A stretch of 64,000 nucleotides of DNA, taken from assembly GCA_964016885.1 (NCBI GenBank), contig OZ024757.1, positions 33,728,001-33,792,000 on the forward strand, given 5' to 3'. Made by a program: the position numbers and the translations under genes. A model generated the notes under the pieces. That model saw nothing but the letters and a program-made list of their open reading frames with translations, was not told where the DNA came from and ran no database searches. This DNA is from Eledone cirrhosa. Lineage: Eukaryota. Positions 53,493 through 64,000 of this stretch are shown here, one piece after another (within the stretch, counting starts at the first letter, position 1; each line of letters opens with the position of its first letter).

Positions 53493-53870
53493 GAATTGAA
53501 CCCGCATATGTGAGTCCAGCACCCTAACTACGAAGTCACAGACCTTAACCATGGGCTAAACAACAACAATAGTAACAACAAGGTGCTATTAATTACAGTA
53601 ATAGTTCGATGACACAGTATTGATGATGAGCGGAGATAACATATCTTCATATGTAACAGAGAAGCGATACTATCACACGCTTAAAAACATTATACAAGAT
53701 AGCTAAGTGATCAGATAACAATTGTAAGTTGAGATAGTGGATCAACTGTAAGTTGAGACAGTGGCTCAACTGTAAATGGAGTAGTTACCCGGAGAAGTGT
53801 CACCAACGGCAAACTTGTTCATCAACAAGGGAACACCATTGCTTGAAATATTAGATGCGTGTGGTGTGTG

Positions 53871-53906
<36 letters not shown>

Positions 53907-53989
53907 AATATATACATATTTTGTCTATACACACATATATACATATACGTATAAATGTATATGTACATGTGTATATATATATATATATA

Positions 53990-54084
<95 letters not shown>

Positions 54085-54460
54085 CAGGATGGATATAGAA
54101 ATATATGGCCCAGTAACTCTTGATGGAGTCATAGGGGCGCTGTCATGACATGCTTGGGTACTTTGAACATGGCAAAACCCATCCCCTCCCCAGGTTTGAA
54201 CACAGCCTATTACTGCCAAAGAGAGAGAGAGTGGGACAGAAAGAGTAAGTGAGAGAGAGAGAGAGAAAGAAAGAGTGAGAGAGAAAGAGTGAGAGAGAAA
54301 AGTGAGGAAGAGATATAGAGTAAGAATTGACCCCAGTAATGGACTGTTATTTTTTTTTATCCACTACAAAACTATGAAAGGCAAAGTTGACCTTGGTGGG
54401 ATTTGAACTCAGAGCACAGAACTGGAATGAACACAGCAGAATATTCTCTACTGTGTTCTA

Positions 54461-54604
54461 ACCCAGGGCTTTCCTGATGATTTCTTTTGAATGAAACATT
54501 TCTAGTCTTGTAGAAGCCATTTCTATATAAAACATGATGTTTACACTCTACTAATGTATTGAGTACCTTACTTACTGTGGTTACCTCCGATTGAACCTGG
54601 GACT
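54461..54604 (+). mobile_element. HH-B monomer, HHR at 54467-54518
   Basis: GGCTTTC CTGATGA TTTCTTTTGAAT GAAA CAT TTCTAGTC TTG TA GAAGCC plus tail. Confidence 0.75.
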
Positions 54605-54645
54605 CACACATATATATAAATATATGTGTGTGTGTGTGTGTGTGT

Positions 54646-54690
<45 letters not shown>

Positions 54691-54899
54691 TGTCTGTCTG
54701 CCTGCCTGCCTGCCTGCCAGCCAGTTTAAAATTCCCAAGACACGACACCTGGTATATCACCGTGGCAGCTCTACGACTCCATCAGATGTTACGGATCAAT
54801 ACACACACACATATATATATATATAAACATTTATATATATATATATATACATATATAAATATATATATATATACACATGTATGTATATATATACACATG

Positions 54900-54935
<36 letters not shown>

Positions 54936-54943
<8 letters not shown>

Positions 54944-55370
54944 TAAGAGGAATTCCAACTTTGTCTGATTTACTCGTTTTATTTACAATCCTTTAAAATA
55001 TATATAATGGTATTATAATGAAATAGTATGATAGAATATTAAATTCTAAGTGTTAATTGAACAAGTACTTTCATGCTTTCGCAATCTTCAGGTTCATGAT
55101 ATGTGGTGACAGTCGAGTTTGCAATTTTCAACTGTGGAAAATTGCAAACTCGACTGTCACCACATATCATGAACCTGAAGATTGCGAAAGCATGAAAGTA
55201 CTTGTTCAATTAACACTTAGAATTTAATATTCTATCATACTATTTCATTATAATACCATTATATATATTTTAAAGGATTGTAAATAAAACGAGTAAATCA
55301 GACAAAGTTGGAATTCCTCTTATTAATATAATCTTCTATACACAATCATACACACCCGTGTATATTTACC
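54936..55370. mobile_element. Perfect 395-bp palindrome (54936-55330) with one HHR per arm and a one-sided ~40-bp tail
   Basis: Arms of ~194 bp, no mismatch seen; 7-nt loop at 55130-55136; TA flanks. Confidence 0.9.
55170..55208 (+). ncRNA. Minimal hammerhead HH-J (mirror copy 55058-55096, minus)
   Basis: TGAAC CTGAAGA T TGC GAAA GCA T GAAA GTAC TT GTTCA; palindromic stem III AGTACT. Confidence 0.85.
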
Positions 55371-55405
55371 TATCTATATCTATATATATATATATATATA
55401 TACAC

Positions 55406-55436
<31 letters not shown>

Positions 55437-55675
55437 TATATATATATGTATCATAAATCGTGTCTATAGAATCAATCAGATATTAAAGTATATACTATTT
55501 CTTCTTCTAATCAGCATAATTAACCATATACATAATCAAATCTAGCAAGCTTTAAGAGTAAATTTTCTAACGGGGAAATCTCCGACAAATAATTGACCGC
55601 AGCCAGTTCGCGGTAACTCCGTTCCATTATTTATCAAACACTTTGGCAGCATGCAGAATCCGATCAAATACATCG

Positions 55676-56222
55676 TCACCACCTCTACCACCACTTTCAC
55701 CACCACTACCTCTACCAGCACCACCACCACTACCACCACTACTTTCACCACCTCTACCACCACCACCACCACTACCACCACTACTTTCACCACCTCTATC
55801 ACGACCACCACCACCACCACCACCACCATCACCACTACTTTCACCACCACCACCACTACCTCTACCAGCACCAGCACCACCACTACTTTCACAACCTCTA
55901 CCACCACTACCACCACCACTACTTTCACCACCATTACCTCTACCAAAATTTCCACCACTTCCACCACCACCTCTACCACCACTACTTTCACCACCAGTAC
56001 CTCTACCACCACCACTACCTCTACCACCACCACCACTACTTCCACCTCTACCACCACCACCACTTCCACCACCACTACCACCACCACCACTACTTTCACC
56101 ACCACTACCTCTACCACTACCACCACTACCACCACTACTTCCACCACCACCACCTCTACCACCACCTCCACCACCACCCCTACCACCACCACCACCTCTA
56201 CCACCACCACCACCACCACTAC
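55676..56222. repeat. (ACC/ACT/TCT)n cryptic triplet repeat
   Basis: Directly visible. Confidence 0.9.
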
Positions 56223-56679
56223 GTCCACAACTGACATTTACAACACACACACTCTCTCTCTCTGTCTCCGTGTCCGTTCGATTAATGTCAGCTGTGACGT
56301 CATTGCTTTTGAGAGGCTATCCAGTTAAGTGGATGTAAACACTTATTACAGTAGGCTAGGGGCTCGTTCTGGCTGGACATGATGGTTGTGTCCATACATA
56401 TATACATACTTACATACATACGCATTCACACACTTATGCACATGTATACATATATACACACGTACGTACATACGAAGATACACATACATAATACACATAC
56501 ATACGCATATATACATATATATGTATACACATATACACACATACATATATACCCACACATACATACATGCATACACACATATATACATACATACAGGCAT
56601 ACATGTCTGTATGTATGCATGTACGTTCATATGAATGTGTATGTCTGTATATGTGTATGTATATATGTATGTGACTAAT

Positions 56680-57284
56680 TATGTCAGGTCACCAGTTGGT
56701 GCTACTGGTAACATGTATCCCAGTACAACCTGTCCCATGGTCGGGTCGTTGGCGACTAAACTGGCAACCCCACCAAGGTTTCTTGGTGAGGAGGGTGACT
56801 TTGGACATCCTGCAGGACTAAAACCAAAACCTGTCAAAGGGCAAAGGAGCTCTTAAGAGTCAATGGCCATCCAAAATCACTGGGAGAGATGACCCCTTAG
56901 CCTTTGTCAAGGCAGAATTCTAGGAGAAGGAAAACTCTGATATAACACCTGCAACCCTGATGGTATCCAATGATGTTGACTTGTTATTCTTTTTGGTAAA
57001 TATCATCTTGGTTAAGAGAGTGGGACTGGCTTTGTGCAGTGCCTTTGTTCACTATAAAAGCTTCACGGCACAGGTATTGCTATATATCTGGAGATCTCTC
57101 TGCACTTGTCGTCATATGGTACCATGGGCCCAGCACTATGTGTCAATAATTGTCACAAGTGTAGTGTTTGTACCAGAGTTTTCAAGTCGCTGGCTGGACT
57201 AAAAAGTCAAACTCGTTCAGCGCATCAGTAAGGGTTCTCCTACCCATGTAGTGGCCGTACTCGAAAAACGAGTTGGCAGCCACC
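56680..57284 (+). mobile_element. ~600-bp non-coding retroposon with RTE-like 5' UTR and 11-bp TSD
   Basis: TSD ATGTGACTAAT at 56669-56679 and 57285-57295; CTAGGAGAAGGAAAACTCTGA at 56920-56940; 3' hairpin ACTCG-AAAAA-CGAGT; multi-copy in the window. Confidence 0.75.
56720..56764 (+). ncRNA. HDV-like ribozyme remnant (partial)
   Basis: P2 CCAGT/ACTGG, P4 TCG-TTGG-CGA, J4/2 CTAA. The P1 5' strand and a full L3 could not be identified. Confidence 0.4.
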
Positions 57285-58544
57285 ATGTGACTAATATCTC
57301 AACTATCCATATGACCAAAGGGCGATCACTCTAAAACGTCTACTAACACGTCTTTTATTTACTAGTGACCAAGAATCGTTAGAACGTCGGATAAAATGCT
57401 TTGCTTCATTCGATCCGTCTCTCTACTCTGTCAAATCCCACCGGGGTCAACTTTGCCTTTCATCTATTCAAGGTCGATAAAAAAAAAACGTACCAGTCAA
57501 ATACTGGGTCGATTCTTCTTCTATATCTCTTTCTCACCCCCACCCCCCTATCTCTCTTTCTCTCGTACTCTATCTTTCTCTGGAAGAAATCTAGACCTGT
57601 CAACTCGCCCCGTCCGACGGGGAGATCTCCCACCCACTTCGAGGTGGATGAGAGATATCTTCTCTTGTGAAAATGGGTATAGCTTTCATTTTGCCTCATT
57701 TCCCTCCGTTTTGAGGCACTTTTTTCCATGGTACTCTCCGTTTGGTTTTTTAGAGGTTGTCGGGTCTGGAAATCTGCTGTAATCAGACCTGGAGGGAGAT
57801 GGGTACCGCCAGGTTTATCAAATACCCTAAAAACGTTGTATGTCAATGCGGCGCCCCTACTACTATCCGGTTTATTTGGTCTTGTTCTTTTGTTAACCCG
57901 CGAAGATCCAAAGGACCTAGTCAATTGCCAAGTCAAAATATCCAGGACCAGGACTACATTTAAGACCAACTAGGGCGCATACCTCACAGTATCCACAAAC
58001 CCGGGTGCTTTACTGAAACTTAAAATATTACATGAAAAAACAATGTCGTCTCTGATCGAGACGAAGTGAGAGTAGTGCGAAAACATGTTGCTGGTTTGAG
58101 AGCTGATGAGGGTGAAGATGTGTGTGTGTAAACTTGTCTTGTACATCGCCTTTCTTTATTTCCTTCTTCCAGTCACTTCTGTGTGCCAACACACTTCCCC
58201 TTGTCCTCATCCTCTTTTAATCTTTTCTATATTTCATCTACCTGTCACTCACCTTGTGGATTGTTTCTCTGTTGACCACTGGTCTCTGTCCACCACTGGT
58301 CACTGGTCTCTGTCCTCTGAGGCATGTTTGCCCATTGCATGTTTGCCCACAGCATTTAACTGTTTTAACGTCTGATCTAGCCATGAGTTTTCTTATTTTT
58401 ATATGTATTTAAAGTATTACAGTTTTGTATAAATTTATATAGTTAAATTGAAATATAATTTCTTGTGATCATAAAATGAACCACTAAACATCTTTGGTCT
58501 CGTTTGGGGACCCAGCCGGGTCGTTTTAAGACGCTTGCTTCTGG

Positions 58545-59550
58545 TAGGACCCTCTGGAAGACGTGTCTGGGGACTCTGCCTCCACGACCCTTCCAAGAAT
58601 AAGTGGAAGAAGAGTTGATAAGACCCTCTTGAAGGCGTGTCTGAGGACCCTACGACCCACCCTCCCGGGAATAAGTGGAAGAAGAGTTGATGAGACCCTC
58701 TTAAAGGCGTGTCTGAGGACCCTACGGCCCTCCAGGGAATAAGTGGAAGAAGAGTTAAGACCCTCTTGAAGGCATGTCTGAGGACCCCACGACCCTCCCG
58801 GGAATAAGTGGAAGAAGAGGTGATAAGACCCTCTTGAAGGCATGTCTGAGGATCCTACGACCCTCCCGGGAATAAGTAGAAGAGATGATAGAACCCTCTG
58901 GAAGGCATGTATGATGACTCTGCCCGCATGGCCCTCACAGGAATAAGAGGAAGAAGAGTCGATAGGGTACTCTGGAAGGCGTATCTGAGGACTGAACCCT
59001 TAAAACCATCAAAGGGAGAAGAGATAATGGGACTCCCTGGAAGGCGTGTCTGGGGACTCTGCTTACATGACCCACCCTAGAATAAAAGGAATAAGATATG
59101 ATAGGATACTCTGGAAGGCGTGTCTGAGGACTGCCCTCAAAACTCTCACGGGAATAAGAGGAAGAGATGATAGGACCCTCTAGAAGGCGTGTATGAGGAC
59201 TCTGCCCCCCACGACCTTCCCAAGAATGAATGGACGAAAAGATGATAGGACCCCCTGGAAGGCGTGTCTGAGGACCCTCCCCTTTCGACCCTTAAAACCC
59301 TCACAGGAATAAGAGGAAGATGAGATATAGGACACTCTGGAAGGCGTGTCTGAGGACTTTGCCCCCACGACCTTCCAAGCAATAAGAAGAAGGGATAACA
59401 GGATGATAGGACTCTCTTGAAGGCGTGCCTGAGGACTCTGTCCCCATGGCCCTCACAGGAATAAGTGGAAGAAGAGATAATAGGACCCTCTTGATGGATT
59501 GTCTGAGGGCTCTGCCCTTATGACACTCACAGGAATAAGAGGAAGAAGAA
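58545..59550. repeat. GC-rich 65-80-bp minisatellite (~14 copies)
   Basis: GAAGGCGTGTCTGAGGAC..GGAATAAG(T/A)GGAAGAAGAG..GATA.GACCCTCT repeated. Confidence 0.9.
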
Positions 59551-60443
59551 AAGACGAGTAAACGTCTTTGCCACGGTCCATCCTTATGTAAATATTCAAA
59601 TCGGTGGAGAGGAGCATACGGTGTTATTATGATTTGTAGCATGTTGACGTGGGGGAATGTGGGCTGTGTAGTGGAAAATACAGGTTCAGTCATTTCCTCA
59701 GTATCAAAAACAAAATTTCTTAATCTAAAAAAAATGTAGATTCGTCAGCTTATCAAACTGAAAGTTGTTTGGGAGAATAAGGCACATAACGGGGAGAATG
59801 AGGCACATATTGTAGAGCTAGCCGAGGTTGCTAAATACCCTAATGCCCGTCAACCTTGTATATATCTGTTTCTTACTATATTCATACGATAGAAACCAGA
59901 GATAATCAATTGTTTTAATCGTAAATTCTGAAAACTTAAGAAAAATAGCTTGAAAACAAGAGAGGTAACTATTACATTTTCAAGGGGGATCACTCTAATA
60001 ACAAAACTAGTCACAACACACGTGGCGGTGACAATTTGCGACGTATTCGTTGTTCTGTCGGCGAAGAACAAGAAGAAAACATTTATTTAAAGTTTTACAA
60101 AAGAGAGGTGGGTTTGCTAAATTGCATATATATTTCAGAGAACATTTCTTTGTCAACCTCTTTCCGTTTTAACCTTTTCGTTACCATATATTCTTAATGA
60201 AAGTCACTGTTTTTAAGTTTCAAACATGATAGTGCAGGCCGTCACGCGGAGGAGAAAATGATAGCTACTAAATAGCGGGATTTGAACCACCACTTCTTTT
60301 TCGTGCCTGTCACCGTCGAGACCTCTCTGCCTGGTATCTTCAATCCAAGAACTGCTGTATTCCTCCGCAAGGTGAGGAGTTCATGCTCCCTTAAGTTGTA
60401 TTGTTTATCAACGAGTGTCAGTGACTGCTCTCTACAAGATATA

Positions 60444-60592
60444 CTGTATTTCCCGGCGTCGAAGACTCTTCTTTACCCCTAAAATAAGTAAAAGATCTAC
60501 CATGCGTCCAGTAGGCCGAAGGTGGTTTAATATTTTTTTTCAAATTTTTGGTTGTTAAAATCAGGGTGCGTCTTCGGCGCTGGGAAATACGG
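60444..60592. mobile_element. TA-flanked Tc1/mariner-superfamily (pogo/Tc2-like) MITE
   Basis: TA-CTGTATTTCCCGGCGTCGAAGAC / GTCTTCGGCGCTGGGAAATACGG-TA. Confidence 0.7.
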
Positions 60593-60848
60593 TACATTGT
60601 AGACTGGGGTGTAAAGTCTGCCCTCATTCCCTCTTTCCCTTCTTTGGCTATTTATTAATTATTATTTTTGTTTTGCAAGCATTATATAATCAAATTGAAA
60701 TTGAACAGAATTTGCGGTTTAGTAATATAATCAACACAGTGGTAAAACAAAAACTTTCAGGAGAGCTGGACAGCAGAAGGTCTTCAGAGAAGGAACCCAC
60801 CTCATGCAAGTGCTTCAGCCCTTAACTTTTTAATAATTATCAAGCTGA

Positions 60849-61061
60849 GGACGGTGGAATGGCAGTATCGGTAGAGCGCCGGAAAACATGCTATATGACA
60901 TAGCGTCACGTCCCTTTACAATCTGTTCAAATCCTGCCGAGGTTAGCCTTGCCTTTCATCCTTACGGGGTCGATAAAATAAAGTACCGGTAATTCACTGA
61001 GGTAGATTTAATCGACTTTCCTCTCCCCTAAAATTGTTGGTCATGTGCCTAAATCAGAAAC
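60849..61061 (+). mobile_element. SINE S1 variant with 18-bp TSD
   Basis: TAATAATTATCAAGCTGA at 60831-60848 and 61062-61079. Confidence 0.9.
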
Positions 61062-61851
61062 TAATAATTATCAAGCTGATGTTTTTACATCAAATTATTA
61101 TGGAAGGGTTTTTGATAAATACTACACCTCCCATGATCCAACGGGTCATGGGTAGTCTAGTTGTTACCTAAGCTGGATCTCTTCCTGTCTATCTTTAACT
61201 TGACTACACTAAGGCTTTTCGTAAACGCGCTAGCGATCTGATTGGTTATCAAGGAGCTGTTAGCTGTTCATGAAGGTACCCGGAAAAGCCCCATATCTCA
61301 GGAACCCTTCTCCCATTTACGCGTAAATTTTCACTTAAAAAATGTTTTTTTTTAAATCATGTTCACTTAAAAATAATTTTTAAATGATTAAAATATACAC
61401 ATACATGTCTCTCTTTCAGTCTACTCTTTCACAACCACTATCTCTTACTCTCTATTCTCTCACAACCACTATCTCTTACTCTCTATTCTCTCACAACCAC
61501 TATCTCTTTCTCTCTATTCATGAAGGTACCCAGAAAAACCCTGTATCTTGGGAATCCGTTATCCAATTTACGTAAAACTTGTTTTATTCCATTTGTATTC
61601 CCACTTCAGGGGAAACTTCCTCTCAAAGTATTTTCCCATTATGCGCCAGATAAACATTTTAAAGCTGTTTTTCATCGTTGAACACAATGACAACAACAGC
61701 AACAAGAACAACAAACATGTGAGGATTCTTATTTATTCAAGAGAATCTGCTTGTTAAAAGTTACAAATATATTTGTATTGGTGGATATGTATGTAGTGTG
61801 TGTATGTATATATGTCAGCTGAAATTGATGTATGTAAAGTATGTGTGTGTA

Positions 61852-61890
<39 letters not shown>

Positions 61891-62578
61891 GATTGAATTA
61901 GAAACTCAAAATAGTCTTTTACAATTAAATAGCTCAAAGAAAGAAATTTTTCCGAGCCGTGTAACATAATATAATTGAATGTCCAAACCCATGCAAGCGT
62001 GGAACACGGACGTTAAACGCTGATGATGATGATGATGATGATATGAGAGAGATGAACAATGAAGATTTAAGTCTGTCTGGGTATCAAAGGCTGTTGTTCG
62101 ATATAGGTTTGTTAGATTTATTGATTTATTACTTTAAATTGAGTCAGGCAAACCATATTGTTTTAAGTTAGTATTTTTTTTAACCTAGTTAACTTGGTCC
62201 TTTGCAGTTGGAACACATGTATGCTTATATATGTGTTCATCTCTCTCATATATTCAATTATATTATATATATATATATATATATATATTTGCATATATTG
62301 CATATCATGCATCAGATATGATAAAAGAAAATTGTAAATTATTTCGTATTTGGTGTGTTATACACATACATATACATACACACATGCATATCTATACACA
62401 CACATGCATATCTATATACACACACACATATATATGTTTGTATGTGTGTATATATATATATGTGTGTGTATATATATATAAGTATATATGTAAGTATACA
62501 TGTGTTTGTTATCGCTTCTGTAAACTCATAATGTTTACATCACAAACATAAATATTAAGCTGATTCAGAATTTAGGAT

Positions 62579-63000
62579 TGTAATAATAATAATAATGTTT
62601 TCTTTGTTAGCCACAAGAGCTTGTACATAGAATAACGTAAACATAACCATAGGGATTACGTCAATACATGTACGGGTGGACAGATATAGTTAGATAAACA
62701 GGAGAGTTAGAGGAAAGAATGTTATACAATGGACAGATAATATAAGAAATAAGTATAGAAGTATTATGAATCACCCAATAAAGGACAAAATATTTTATAT
62801 AATATAAAACGTGTAAACCATTTAGGGTTACCCACAAAACCCTGGTGTTTCACATTTATTGTATAACAACTTTCACTTCTCCCATCATTTTTTTAATGAC
62901 TTGTTTATCCATACATAAGCCTAAAACCTGCTTATAAACCCCTCCCTTATATATTTTCATATTTTGTGAATATGAATGGAGATGTAATTTTTTTCTCTAG
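62579..63000 (-). mobile_element. Degraded LINE 3' end with (ATT)n tail
   Basis: Reverse complement CTTGTGGCTAACAAAGAAAAC(ATT)n resembles the tail at 63967-64000; the inner boundary is uncertain. Confidence 0.5.
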
Positions 63001-63039
63001 TGACTAATTAAAATAAATTATTATAATTATTATTATCAC

Positions 63040-64000
63040 TATCTAGAGTGTTTCTAGGAATTTACAACACTTTATAAGGTGAACCATGTGGTAGGCAGCC
63101 AAAAAACACTTGCTTCCTATATAGGTTTTGTGGAATGCATGAAGCAGCTCTGGACGTTGATGGGAACAGTTTGAACAAGCTCTTTTTGGAGGACTTTGAA
63201 GTCGGGGTTTATAGACAATTTCCAAAATTCCTTAGCTTGGCAGTGTGACAGAGGGGCACTGCTAGTTTGAGACAAGCTCTATAGGTACAAATGTACCAAC
63301 AGTTGGACATGCCCAAGATGCATGCAAGGCAAATAAACTGTCCTGTATGCTATCGCCCAGTACCCATCCATTGAGTCAAACAAATGCTGTCACCTGTAGG
63401 ACAGATCCAGCTCGCAGCCAAGTCTATAGTGAAAATTGAACCACCACCCCCTTTTAGAGAGGAGATGCAGCAGGTCTTCCTCTACCTGGTATCTATGGGG
63501 AAGGAAGCTGTATGGTGAACTTACCTAAAAGGTTTGAGGAATGGAATCTTCCTCTCCAACCAAGCCCTCAACTTCTTCAAGTGCCACTTAAAGAGGAAAG
63601 TGGAGGTAGAGTTGGAGGTGGTGTTTCTAGTATGTTTTATGGATGAGAGCAGCGAGATTAACAAAGCATAATGAACTTACTATGATTATGCTTTTCTGAA
63701 AAGGGGGACAGAAACTGGAAGTGGATACTTTGAATGTCCTTGAGTGTCCTGGCATTTGTATGGGCTTCTCTCTGGAATTACCCTAAAATACAGTGCCTAT
63801 GCCTTATTGGGGAACTGGTCCTAGTTAACATTCCTTTATCATTAATATTTAAAAAAATTTCTTCTGTTGTTATATCTACTATTTTCCCTTTGGTAGTGAC
63901 CCCTTTCATTTGATGTAAACCCCATCTGTGTTGTTTTGTCCTTTTATTGTCCCCCTTATGACTTGGGCCCTTGTGGCCAATTAAAGACATCATTATTATT
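63040..64000 (+). pseudogene. L1/Tx1-type LINE 3' end with degraded C-terminal zinc-binding (zf-RVT-like) region
   Basis: In the frame starting at 63121: DNFQNSLAWQCDRGALLV*DKLYRY..TCPRCMQGK*TVLYAIAQ, then a 3' UTR and (ATT)n tail. Confidence 0.7.

Noticed and set aside
55542-56338. Gly-rich, Pro-rich and Thr-rich (mucin-like) ORFs
   Set aside because: Four overlapping open frames arise from one triplet repeat.
57396-57973. ORFs of 128-169 aa in unique-looking DNA
   Set aside because: They partly overlap a degraded SINE, carry no recognisable domain, and overlap on both strands.

Overview
Eukaryotic, AT-rich DNA saturated with microsatellites. The SINE, RTE and (GAT)n-tail repeat vocabulary resembles an octopod cephalopod, but this is an inference and no database was searched. 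I find no convincing host protein-coding sequence: almost all long ORFs are microsatellite read-throughs. Recognisable content is 5'-truncated RTE-group LINEs of several families, an L1/Tx1-type 3' end, three tRNA-head or RTE-tail SINE families (several copies with target-site duplications), small DNA-transposon MITEs, many minisatellites, and a few candidate non-coding exons. The main signal is not visible in the ORF track. By eye the window holds about 21 complete or near-complete type I hammerhead ribozyme (HHR) cores plus many half-cores, from at least 10 unrelated sequence families. Most lie in short elements embedded in (TA)n tracts, and many are fold-back inverted repeats with both 3' ends facing outward. 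The same architecture scales from about 85 bp to a ~5 kb palindrome (47301-52255) of a Penelope-like element (PLE) with a GIY-YIG endonuclease and an HHR in each arm, which ties the mini-elements to PLE machinery. The PLE-HHR association itself is established. What merits follow-up is the density, the fold-back apexes inside ribozyme stem II, the two fixed element ends, a ~130-nt self-closing HHR monomer, and a 600-bp TSD-flanked element with an HDV-like ribozyme signature. All ribozyme folds were paired by hand and are untested.
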